NCBI GenBank assembly: GCA_964445105.1
Contig: CAYUJS010000004.1
Span: 660-64,659, forward strand
Source of the DNA: an uncultured bacterium
GTDB taxonomy: Bacteria; Chlamydiota; Chlamydiia; Chlamydiales; JAJFMA01
DNA: 64,000 bases
Direction: 5' to 3'
The translations under genes and the position numbers were made by a program. Shown piece by piece: positions 8,953 through 18,269 of this stretch. The notes beneath the pieces are model-generated. The model was given only the letters and a program-made list of their open reading frames with translations. It had not been told where the DNA came from and did no database searches. The first letter of the stretch is position 1; every line of letters starts with the position of its first letter.

Positions 8953-10113
8953 ATGGAAATAATAAGCTACATCGACCCGAACAATCATTTTCTAGCAGAA
9001 CAAAGTGTGGCTCTTTCTATACAGACAAGGAAAGACGAACGGGTAGCCATTCTTTTTAATAAAAGCCTTTCAGAAAGTTGTTTTTTAAAAGTTCAGGGGG
9101 AGTGGAAAAGGCTGCATGCGTACGATGTACCGAAAGAATTGGTAAATAAAACGTGGTTGCAATTGAGCGCTCTGTTGGAGGTAGCCAGCCTGCGAGTGTC
9201 CCAGTATGATGATGGCGATCACAGGCTTTCCTTGCGCTTTGGGCTAAACGGCGGGATGTTTCGCCAAGAGGTCGATAGGTTAAAGGATTTGGAAGGCTAC
9301 CAGCAAATGATTGCTCAAGTGGAGCGGGAGTTTCTTGCGGTTCCGGTTATGACACTGAACCCTGTGACCAACGCTCTGGTAAGAGCTGGCGCCGGCGCTG
9401 GTTTCGGAGCACTTGGTGTGGGGTTGGGCTTGGGGGCGACCGCGCTTATTGCCCTTGCCGCTGGCCCGATTGGCTGGGCTGTAGCTGGGGCGGGCATTGG
9501 TTTCTGTCTCGTTGGGGCGATTGTACTCGGCACCTGTGGGTGGCTGTTCGCTTCGTACCGCTTGGAAGAGCCAAACAGGGCTAAAGAAAAGTTGAACGAT
9601 ATATTTGAAAAATATGCTCAGATCCAGGTCTATATGGACACAAGAGATACTGAGGCCGCCGGCAGAGAGTCTGTCCGGCTGTATCAGCAATTGCAAACCG
9701 ATGGATATATAAAAAATGCAAGTGATTATGGTTTTGAATTAAACGATAGTTCGTTTAAAACACTAGTTAAGCATTTTAAAATCGATAAAAAATATTCTGT
9801 TTTGTTTACAGCGAAGTTTCTCGTTTTGTCTGTGTTAGCATGTATGCCAGCAGAATTTACAGACGGCCGCCGTCGTCCCACCTTAGCGATTATTACTCAC
9901 TTTGAGCGGCTGCTGACCGATGGCTCGACCCGCGGCGTCGACGAACCAATTATTCAGAGCGTTTATTTTATACTTGGAATGCTGCTGTCTGCAGAGTATA
10001 GTTCCCGAGCTGTTGAGTACTATGAGCGCATATTACCTGCAAGCGAGCTGTATCCGCTCGCCCAGCGGGCTATCGCGTCTGTAAGAACGCTCCAGGGCCA
10101 GGTATCAAGTTAG
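8953..10113 (+). CDS. Hairpin membrane protein A2, a paralog of A1.
   Basis: Start at the ATG at 8953 (MEIISY...), preceded by AAAGGAT. Same architecture as A1: N-module ending LNGGMF, helix EGYQQMIAQVEREFLAVPV, Gly/Ala hairpin, conserved C-domain (DGYIKNA...FTAKFLVLSVLA). Confidence 0.75.
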   Translation: MEIISYIDPNNHFLAEQSVALSIQTRKDERVAILFNKSLSESCFLKVQGEWKRLHAYDVPKELVNKTWLQLSALLEVASLRVSQYDDGDHRLSLRFGLNGGMFRQEVDRLKDLEGYQQMIAQVEREFLAVPVMTLNPVTNALVRAGAGAGFGALGVGLGLGATALIALAAGPIGWAVAGAGIGFCLVGAIVLGTCGWLFASYRLEEPNRAKEKLNDIFEKYAQIQVYMDTRDTEAAGRESVRLYQQLQTDGYIKNASDYGFELNDSSFKTLVKHFKIDKKYSVLFTAKFLVLSVLACMPAEFTDGRRRPTLAIITHFERLLTDGSTRGVDEPIIQSVYFILGMLLSAEYSSRAVEYYERILPASELYPLAQRAIASVRTLQGQVSS

Positions 10114-10369
10114 AATAGCGAGTTTGTTCGTTTCACAGATAACGTGGCGTAAACCCACTCTATCTCAGCGTTGGTGCATTCGCCGCTGCTCGCGAAGATA
10201 CGCCTAGAACCTACATTCCTAGGCCATCGGCCCACCGTTTTGAATTAGCCCAGATTTAACCCCCCGCGCCTCCCAACAAGAGGACGACCAAGAGGATAAC
10301 CTGAAGCGATTTGAGCTTTTAACAGGAAAAAATCCCTTGAGAAAGCGTGTTTTTAGCTGCTTGTTAACC

Positions 10370-12098
10370 CAGGGCGTTTTCTTTATAAAGATTTGACACG
10401 TTAATTCCGTCCATGTGCGCGCGTTGGCTTAGATAGATCGGCGTTATCATGTACGCGCCGGGCGATTTTAGGAGCAGGACCCTGCCTGGCGGATAAATCC
10501 ACTTAGGAGTTCTAGCACATAGCTGTCATTCCACATCGCCTTGCGCTGCTTAGCTGCTAATCCTTTGCCCTTTATCGTGTCTTGCTTCAGCAGACAATAG
10601 GCTATCCTCCTAAAGAGAGCCAAATTCTCTGCAGAGCTTCCAGTGTTTGCTTGGGATGCATCATCGTAAAAGAAGACGTCTAAAATCCAGTGTAATTGGT
10701 TCTCTATCCCCCAGTGTGATCGAATGGCGCTAGCGGCCGTCTTGGCTTTCATGCTTTTGCTGGTGATGTAGTAGCGGCACTCTTCGGTGGTCTTACCTTT
10801 GAGCGTCCTGGTTGATTTGATTTCGATTAGCGCTTGGAGATCCCCCTCCACTCGCCCCGACATGCTAGCCAATCGAGGTCTTCAATAACTGTTACTTCCC
10901 GTTTTTCTTCCCTGCTGTGGCCCTTGTCGGTCGTAGTGGCTCGGCTGCAGCCGGTCTCTTCGTAGTCCACAGCCCTTGCCTGCTGAAAAAAGCTCTCGGC
11001 TTCGGCATGCAGTGTACCTTTGTTACCTTTTAGCGCGATCACGTAATGCCCGCCGCGTTCTCTAATCGCGTTAACTATTTGTTTTTGGCATCCCATCGCA
11101 TCGATGGTGACAACCGCATCCTTAACGTCAATCACCTTAAGTAATTCCGGGATCGCTGTTATCTCGTTGGATTTTTCCTTTGTCTTGATCTGTCCAAGCA
11201 AAAGCCCTCTTGTGCTGTCATAAGCACTTAACATAGTGAACCGGGCCTTTTTTCGCCCCCTCAGAGCTTTGCCGTCTATGGCGACTCGCTTGGCACTCTT
11301 GAGCGGTAGCTCGTCAGCTATTGGCGCAATCCACCTAGTAAACACCTCGTTCAGCATGCTGGGGTTAGCGCGTGTCACGAGCCACCAAAAAGCCATGTAC
11401 CCAGGAGTTTGGTCGATTCCGAGTATGGAGCGGAAGATGGAGGCCTTTTCCTGAGCATGCTGATGTATTCCTCTGATAAACTTGGCTTCAGGCAAGCGTC
11501 GCTGCCAAGATAATCAAGAGCATGCCATAAAAAGGATAGCGGAGGTTTTCCTGCTCGCGTGGGTCAGAGATCTCAGTAAAAGCATGCTCTACTGCTGTCT
11601 TGCAGGTCTCAATGCCGGCACTGCGATCAGCTTCATCATACTCGAATTGTTTTTTTTGAGGTTGACCGGACTAGTTCTTGAAACTCTTGCTTGGGAGCCT
11701 CATTTTCGGGTACTTTGCTGATCGGAGCTTCCTGTGGTTTGGCAGGATTTTTGAAGGTATAAAGGATGTGCCGCCATTGTGCTATCTGCTCTTCAGACAG
11801 CTTACCAAGCCGGAGAACAATTTCCTTACGAACCTTGCCCTCAACCCTGATGTACCTAGCCAGGCTGTAAGGTTTGTATTCTTTACCGCCGTTCTTTTTT
11901 GAACTCCAGTGTAAGTGTAAGCGAGCAAAATCCATATAACCTAGACTACATTTAAATTTACCGTTAGATATTATTTTGTACAGAAAAACATGTCAATGAG
12001 CTAGGCTGCAAAAAAATAGAAAAAATTTCAGAAAAATGCTTTAAAAAGGGTTGTAGGCCATAAAATTAAATGTAAATTTTTATAAAGAAAACGCCCTG
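10370..12098 (-). mobile_element. ISAs1-family insertion sequence, decayed.
   Basis: Perfect 20-bp terminal inverted repeats: cagggcgttttctttataaa at 10370-10389 and its reverse complement at 12079-12098. The CAGGG terminus is typical of ISAs1. The internal transposase reading frame is broken. No convincing target duplication. Confidence 0.8.
10468..11935 (-). pseudogene. ISAs1-family (H-repeat-associated, DDE) transposase split into at least 3 frames.
   Basis: Fragments 11636-11935, a gap frame (FTEISDPREQENLRYPFYGMLLIILAATLA then stop), 10827-11495 and 10468-10872. Family motifs seen: HYVIALKGNKGTLH, DKGHSREEKRE, RYYITS, RSHWGIENQLHWILDVFFYDDAS. Confidence 0.8.
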
Positions 12099-12631
12099 AC
12101 CCAATCTACGTTTTTTGGAGCGGTTTTTTTTGCGATCCGAATTGCTGACCCGGAATAGCTAGCATTCTTTCAGTACCTCCAAGCATCTCTTCAGCAAGGA
12201 AGATTCGAAGCCCTGGCTGAGTATGATTTCGGTAAACGCAGACTTTTCAAGCTCGCCATTAGCAAAAAAGGTGCACAGCAAGCCCCTGCTGATGGTACCA
12301 TGCCGCGGCACAAAGGTCGCTCTCAGTATTCTAAAAATATCTTTTGTTCATTGTTTTTTGCGTTCTTCGATTGTTTGGCGTGTCATATCGTCCTTCCGAT
12401 TCTTTTACAGGAGAATGAGGGGCGTCGGCACCCCTGCGAGACGCTTACGTAAGCCCCTCGATCCTAGCATCGGATTTCTTTTTTTTGGCGGCGACTTCGT
12501 CGAATCTGGCGATGGGCATTCTGACCAGAGGGATCATTTGGTCGTTAGGAATTGGTGGGAGCTGGATCATACCTAGGCATATTCGTTCAAAAAATACTTA
12601 GAATTAAAAAAGATTTTTGGGACATTACACT

Positions 12632-12650
12632 GACTTATCGAGAAGTTACC
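12632..12650. repeat. Solo terminal repeat of MITE family 2.
   Basis: gacttatcgagaagttacc matches the right end cgacttattgagaagttacc of the 26565-26691 element. No partner arm is seen nearby. Confidence 0.4.
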
Positions 12651-12796
12651 CAAATAAAGAGGCTTAGCTCGCTAAGAGCAGTTATATGTGAATTTTTGTT
12701 TTGAACTAAAAGAAGTTATAGTCTAGCTTAGGCTTTTCTGCAGAATCCGAAGAGTTATTAAATGCAGAGTTTACGCTTCACTCAAAGGGAACAGTT

Positions 12797-14164
12797 ATGC
12801 ATACAGCCCAATTTAGTGGTTTAGAGAAAGAGACCGTATTAGTCAAAACCTGGCCGTGTGCTAGGGGAACGGTCGGCCTTTACCTTCGCCCTGGCCGAAA
12901 GGCAGAGGCGCTTGTCTTAGGCACCGACAATAAAGTATCTCGCATTTCCCAATTTTGGATCTCTGGGTTGCCGGTCACGTTTTTAGAGGAATCGATAGAA
13001 ACACAACGTCGGTGCCTATCCGAAACATGTGTGCGCTTGGCTTCCGTTGGGTCCTCTGGTTATCGTCTCTACATAGACCCCAAGCTAAATGGCGGAATGT
13101 TTAGCATGGCGGTGGCGGGCTTGTCTGCCCAGTTAGGGGCTGATCGGTTGCCTGAACGGGCCGTAGCTTTTCAGCCAAAATCTTTGGAGAGCGGAAGGGA
13201 TGGCCGCTTCAAAATTCTATCGTTGGATGGCGGGGGAACAAGGGGCATTATTCCTCTAAAAGTTTTAGCTCATCTGGAAAGGTTGATCGGCCCTGCTCAC
13301 GAAACGTTTGATCTGATAGGCGGCACCTCTACCGGCGGGATGATCGCTCTGGGGCTTTCTAGGGCAATCCCAGCTACAGCTATCCTCGACGTATACCTCA
13401 ATCGCTCTGGCGAATTATTCGTGGAAAATAGCCACCCCTGGGTCCATAACGCCGTCGCAGCTGTCGCTAGCAGCGTTGGGGTGGGTAGAGAGACCCTATT
13501 GAGGGCGTTGTTTAACAATCCTGTCTATTCGGACATCGGTGTTAAGCGCATTACGGCCGAGCTTTTCGGGCAGAGCGCTATGAAAGATGCCTTAACCAAT
13601 GTTCTGATCACGGCTGTAGATGTCACTTTGCCCCATTCTCCCACGACCTGTTTCTTTCATAATCTTGATCGACCCTCTGCATTCTATGCGATGCAGGATG
13701 TTGCCCGGGCAACATCCGCGGCGCCCACCTATTTTCCGCAGGTACAGCTGGGGGGTCTTAAGTATGTCGACGGGGGGCTAACCTGCAACAACCCCGCTCT
13801 CGAATGCCACCTTCATGCTAGTACTTACAGGATACGACCTGAGTCTGAATACTGTCTTTCTTTAGGGACTGGCTTTTCTGATGTGGAGGGGATCGGTAAC
13901 GATAACCATAACCTCCTTTATTGGGCCCACTCCATCTTCCCTACCGTTAGCAGCGCGGCGTCAAATACGGTGGATGAAAGGCTTACGGGTATTTTAGGGG
14001 ATCGTTACTTGAGAATTACTCCTCGCCTAGAACACGAAATCCCTTTAGACGCTTGCAACTACGCGGCTCTTCGTGCACTTGAGGAAGTGGGACAGCAGCT
14101 TGTTGAAGAGCGCCAAGACGATATCAGAGATATTGCTCTTGCCCTTCGTCCTGAATTACTTTAA
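12797..14164 (+). CDS. Patatin-like phospholipase, paralog of 4733-6100 (cassette B).
   Basis: 455 aa, collinear with the first copy and roughly four-fifths identical by eye. DGGGTRG, GGTSTGG and DGGLTCNNP are all intact. The upstream leader of about 110 bp is also conserved. Confidence 0.9.
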   Translation: MHTAQFSGLEKETVLVKTWPCARGTVGLYLRPGRKAEALVLGTDNKVSRISQFWISGLPVTFLEESIETQRRCLSETCVRLASVGSSGYRLYIDPKLNGGMFSMAVAGLSAQLGADRLPERAVAFQPKSLESGRDGRFKILSLDGGGTRGIIPLKVLAHLERLIGPAHETFDLIGGTSTGGMIALGLSRAIPATAILDVYLNRSGELFVENSHPWVHNAVAAVASSVGVGRETLLRALFNNPVYSDIGVKRITAELFGQSAMKDALTNVLITAVDVTLPHSPTTCFFHNLDRPSAFYAMQDVARATSAAPTYFPQVQLGGLKYVDGGLTCNNPALECHLHASTYRIRPESEYCLSLGTGFSDVEGIGNDNHNLLYWAHSIFPTVSSAASNTVDERLTGILGDRYLRITPRLEHEIPLDACNYAALRALEEVGQQLVEERQDDIRDIALALRPELL

Positions 14165-14188
14165 CAGATTTAACAGCAAGGATTCAAA

Positions 14189-15358
14189 ATGAACACGATA
14201 GGTTGTGCTGAGACAAACGCCTGTGATTCAGCAAGGCAAGGCTCGACTCTTTATCTACAAACAGATAAGGGTGAGCGATTGGTTCTTATTTTTAAAGAAA
14301 CTTTATTGAAGAGCTGTTTCCTCAACGTTCAAGATGGCTGGAAGCAGCTTCAATCGTACGATATACCTAAAGAGCTGATCAATAAAACGCCTCAGCAATT
14401 GAACAGCCTACTGGCGGCAGCTAGCCTTCAGATTTCGCAATTCGATAACGGCGATCACAGACTTTCCTTGCGCTTTGGGCTGAACGGGGGGATGTTTCGC
14501 AGAGAATTGGCTCAGCTTAGTGAGATCGAAGGCTACCACCAAATGATCGCGCAAGTCGAAAGAGAATTTCTCTCAGTCCCAGTTAGAGTGATAGACCCTG
14601 CCACCGGCAACCTCATCAAAGGCGGAGCTGCGTTGGGCGTGGGCGCGCTGGGAAGCGGCCTGGGCATGGGCGCCGTCGCTCTTCTCGCTACCAATCCCGC
14701 AGGGTGGCTAGTGATGGGGGCCGTTGGCGCAGTCGGCGCGGTTGTGTTTGGCGCTTGCGGTTGGCTATTTGCGTCCAGCGAACTGGATCGACATAATCGT
14801 GAAGCGGAGCAAGATAAGGCGCGCCTCAATAGTCTATTCGAGAAATACGCTGCGATTCAGATCGATCTCGAAAAGAGAAACTTGGCGGGTGCTGGCGTCA
14901 AATCTGTCGAGCTATACCAACAGCTAATAAATGATAGTTATATAAAAAATGCGACTGATTACGATTTTGAGTTAGACCATGGCGCTTTTGATTTGCTGGG
15001 TAGACACTTTGCGAGGGACAAAAAGGCTGCTGTCTTATTTGCCGCAAAGTTCCTTATTTTGTCCGTTCTGGCTGGTATACCGACAGAATTTGGTGAAGGC
15101 CGGGCACGCCGCCTTCGTCCCACAGCTGCTATCATCCGCCATCTGGAAGAGCTGCTCGACCAACCGGATCGCGCTGTCGACGAACCAATCGTTGAGACTG
15201 TCTATTTTATTCTTGGTGATCTGTTGTACAAAACGCAGCGTTATCCCCGAGCCATCGAATATTTTCAGCGCATATCTGCCGCGAACGTAGAATTGCAACA
15301 GAATGCTCGCTTGATGGTACAACACGTGAGGGGGCTTCAAAGAACCCTTAATTATTAG
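14189..15358 (+). CDS. Hairpin membrane protein B1.
   Basis: 389 aa. N-module ends LNGGMF; helix EGYHQMIAQVEREFLSVPV; hairpin GAALGVGALGSGLGMGAVALLATNPAGWLVMGAVGAVGAVVFGACGWLFAS; conserved C-domain. Confidence 0.75.
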   Translation: MNTIGCAETNACDSARQGSTLYLQTDKGERLVLIFKETLLKSCFLNVQDGWKQLQSYDIPKELINKTPQQLNSLLAAASLQISQFDNGDHRLSLRFGLNGGMFRRELAQLSEIEGYHQMIAQVEREFLSVPVRVIDPATGNLIKGGAALGVGALGSGLGMGAVALLATNPAGWLVMGAVGAVGAVVFGACGWLFASSELDRHNREAEQDKARLNSLFEKYAAIQIDLEKRNLAGAGVKSVELYQQLINDSYIKNATDYDFELDHGAFDLLGRHFARDKKAAVLFAAKFLILSVLAGIPTEFGEGRARRLRPTAAIIRHLEELLDQPDRAVDEPIVETVYFILGDLLYKTQRYPRAIEYFQRISAANVELQQNARLMVQHVRGLQRTLNY

Positions 15359-15481
15359 GTCGGTGTTCCGCCTAATTTGGGTAAGCGCTCCTACTAGCTA
15401 GGCGGCAGCCTGTTATAGGAGCGCTGGGGTGCGTATTTGAGCCTGAACTATTTTAATGCGTCAAAAACTAAGGGCCGTAAT

Positions 15482-18226
15482 ATGGAAACGACAGATTATT
15501 TAGGAATGAGGAGCTGTGGTTCATTGCGGCAGGAGCCAGCCCTCCATCTTCGGACGGGTAAGGGCGAACGCATAGCTATTCTTTTTAGAGATTCCTTGTC
15601 CGAAAACTGTTTTCTTAAAGTTCAGGGCGAATGGAAGAAGCTGCATTTTTATGATTTGCCGAAAGAGTTGAAAAATAAAACATCGGCACAGCTAAGCGCT
15701 TTGCTGCAGGCGGCTGCCCTTCGGGTGTCGCGGTTTGATAATGGCGATCATAGACTTGTCTTGCAGCTTGGCTTAAAGGGCGGCGTTTTTGACCAGGAAA
15801 TCGCCCAGCTGCGGGCGATTGGGGGCTACCAGCAAATTATTGCTCAGGTAGAAAAAGAATTCCTCGCGGTCGTAAATCCTCCCACTGCTAACCTCTTGCG
15901 GATCGGGGCTGTAGCGGGCGTAGGTCTGGGGGCGAGTGCTGTTGCTCTCCTTTCTAGTGCCCCGGATGGCTGGCTGGTTACTGGGGCTCGCCTCACCGGT
16001 GCGGTTGCATTGGGGGCTTGCGGTTGGGTTGGCGTTTCTGTTATGCAGAGTGAGCGCAGCCCGGAAGCCAGGCAAGACAGCAAAAAATTAAACGATATTT
16101 TTCAAATATACGCTGACACCCAGCTTAATCTCGCTAAAGGGAATACTGCAGCTGCCAATGCAGGATCTGTTAGGCTATACCAGCAATTGCGAAGAGATGG
16201 GTATATAAAAAATGAAACCGAGCACACTTTTGACTTAGATCGTTTTTCGTTCGACAAATTGGCCAGGCATTTTGAAAGCACCCAAAGAGCCTCGCTTGTT
16301 TTTACGGCAAAATTTCTTGTTTTGTCTGTTTTAGCTGGCTTGCCAGTAGAATTTGGGAAGGACCGAGGGCGGCAGCGTGTTCGCCCGACAGCTACTATTA
16401 TCAGCCAGTTAGAGGCTTTGATTGACCGATCAGGCCGCGGCGTTGACGAGCCAGTCGTCCAGGCCGTCTATTTTATGCTGGAACAGTTAACGCAGTGTTC
16501 TAGTCGAGAAATCGCCCAGCTGAGGGTGGTTGAAGGCTATTCACAAATTATCGCTCAGATAGAAAGAGAATTCCTCGCGGTAGTGAACTCTCCCGCTACT
16601 AACCTCTTGAAAATCGGGGTTGGCTTCAACGGTGAGGCTGCATTTGGAGTTTTTTGGCAAAATAGAAAAAAGTTAAATGATATTTTTAAAGTATATGCTG
16701 ACACTCAGCTTAATCTCGCCAAAGGGAATACTGCGGCTGCCAACGCAGGATCTGTTGGGCTATACCAGCAATTACGAAGAGATGGGTATATAAAAAATGA
16801 AACCGAGTACACTTTTGACTTAGATCGTTTTTCGTTCGACAAGTTGGCCAAGCATTTTGAAAGCAACCAAAGAGCCTCACTTGTTTTCACAGCAAAGTTC
16901 CTTGTGTTGTCTGTTTTAGCTGGCTTGCCAGCAGAATTTGGGGATCAAGGACGGCAGCGCGTTCGCCCAATAGCTAATCTTATCGGCCACTTAGAGGCTC
17001 TGGTCGACCAATCAGGTCGCAGCATTGACGAGTCGGTTGTTCAGGCCGTCTATTTTATAATGGGGGACCTGCTATACCAAACGCAGTGCTATGGTCGGGC
17101 AGTTGATTGCTTTCAACGTATACCGCCTTGCATCCCAGAACTGCACCAGAGTGCGTGCCGGATGGTAGCTCACATAAGCGTACTTCAGAACGGCAGCAAT
17201 GAGAGGCTCTCGGCCAGCGACATGTCACAAGAGCTAGCGCCTGGAAGGCCCGTAGCCTCTAGCAGTAGGCTCCGACAATTAGATAGCGCTCCAAAAGCAA
17301 GGCGCCAAATGTCGCAACCTGATTACGGCAGTCGCGCGCTTTCTTTGTACCCTGGCTCAAGTAGTGGTGCATTTCACCGAGAAATCGCCCAGCTGAAGGC
17401 TGTGGAAGGCTGTCACCAAAGCATTACAACGCTAGAAAGAGACTTCCTGAGGCTCTCCCCCGCGATGATAGGCCCCGCGGCTGCTCGCCTTGTCAAAGGC
17501 GGGGTTGCGGTGGGTGCCGGGCTTGCAGGCGGAGGCATAGGAGTAGGCACTGTTGCTCTTTTCGCCGCCAATCCAGCTGGCTGGGCGGTTCTGGGAGCCG
17601 GTCTTGTCGGTGCAGCCGCAGTAGGGGCTTGCGGGTGGATGTTCGCTTCTGATCGATTGGATAAACATAATGCGGAGGCTCAGCGAGGCAAAGAATTAGA
17701 AAGTGTTTTTGAAAGATATGCTGATATTCAATTTACCCTTGCTCAAGGAGATGTTTTAGCTGCTAATGCTAAATCTATTAAGTTTTACGAACAGTTGAAA
17801 GGTAATGGATACATAAAAAATGCAACTGATTATGCTTTCGATTTAGATGAGCGTGCATTTAGCAATCTAGTTAACCGTTTTGAAAGAGAGAAAAGAGCTG
17901 CTGCGTTGTTTACGGTAAAATTTCTTATTCTATCTGTTTTGGCTGGTATGCCGGCGGAATTTTTGGAAGGTCGCGCGCGCCGCTTTCGTCCGACGACTGC
18001 CATCATAGCTTATTTTGAGGCCTTGATCGATGGAGTAGAACGCGGCGTTGAGGAGCGGCTTATTCATGCCGTTTATTTTATTCTTGGAGATCTGCTGTAT
18101 AGGACGCAGTGTTACGCCCGAGCGATTGCTTACCTCCAGCGCATACCTCCGCATAGTGCAGAATTATACCAGGGAGCCCGTCAGATGGTGGCGGAGATAG
18201 GCAGCCTTCAGATGGCCTTTGATTAG
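15482..18226 (+). CDS. Three-unit fusion protein of the hairpin family (B2).
   Basis: Start taken at the ATG at 15482 (METTDY...); the track uses an upstream TTG at 15437. Unit 1 has N-module, hairpin and C-domain. Unit 2 has helix and C-domain but no hairpin. A Ser/Pro/Arg-rich linker follows. Unit 3 has helix, hairpin and C-domain. Confidence 0.75.
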   Translation: METTDYLGMRSCGSLRQEPALHLRTGKGERIAILFRDSLSENCFLKVQGEWKKLHFYDLPKELKNKTSAQLSALLQAAALRVSRFDNGDHRLVLQLGLKGGVFDQEIAQLRAIGGYQQIIAQVEKEFLAVVNPPTANLLRIGAVAGVGLGASAVALLSSAPDGWLVTGARLTGAVALGACGWVGVSVMQSERSPEARQDSKKLNDIFQIYADTQLNLAKGNTAAANAGSVRLYQQLRRDGYIKNETEHTFDLDRFSFDKLARHFESTQRASLVFTAKFLVLSVLAGLPVEFGKDRGRQRVRPTATIISQLEALIDRSGRGVDEPVVQAVYFMLEQLTQCSSREIAQLRVVEGYSQIIAQIEREFLAVVNSPATNLLKIGVGFNGEAAFGVFWQNRKKLNDIFKVYADTQLNLAKGNTAAANAGSVGLYQQLRRDGYIKNETEYTFDLDRFSFDKLAKHFESNQRASLVFTAKFLVLSVLAGLPAEFGDQGRQRVRPIANLIGHLEALVDQSGRSIDESVVQAVYFIMGDLLYQTQCYGRAVDCFQRIPPCIPELHQSACRMVAHISVLQNGSNERLSASDMSQELAPGRPVASSSRLRQLDSAPKARRQMSQPDYGSRALSLYPGSSSGAFHREIAQLKAVEGCHQSITTLERDFLRLSPAMIGPAAARLVKGGVAVGAGLAGGGIGVGTVALFAANPAGWAVLGAGLVGAAAVGACGWMFASDRLDKHNAEAQRGKELESVFERYADIQFTLAQGDVLAANAKSIKFYEQLKGNGYIKNATDYAFDLDERAFSNLVNRFEREKRAAALFTVKFLILSVLAGMPAEFLEGRARRFRPTTAIIAYFEALIDGVERGVEERLIHAVYFILGDLLYRTQCYARAIAYLQRIPPHSAELYQGARQMVAEIGSLQMAFD

Positions 18227-18269
18227 AATAGCGATTTTTTACGTTCCATAAATTAACAAAGGATAGAAC

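Noticed and set aside
12223-12576. A 117-aa plus-strand ORF, and short minus-strand fragments (for example MIQLPPIPNDQMIPLVRMPIARFDEVAAKKKK), between the IS and cassette B.
   Set aside because: There are no motifs, no RBS and no paralog support. This is likely junk or highly decayed remnants and could not be assigned.
16082-17065. Near-identical DNA repeats, considered as a possible CRISPR array or non-coding tandem array.
   Set aside because: There are only two copies with a 585-bp period. They are in-frame within a long ORF and encode a recognisable protein domain. There is no short repeat-spacer structure.
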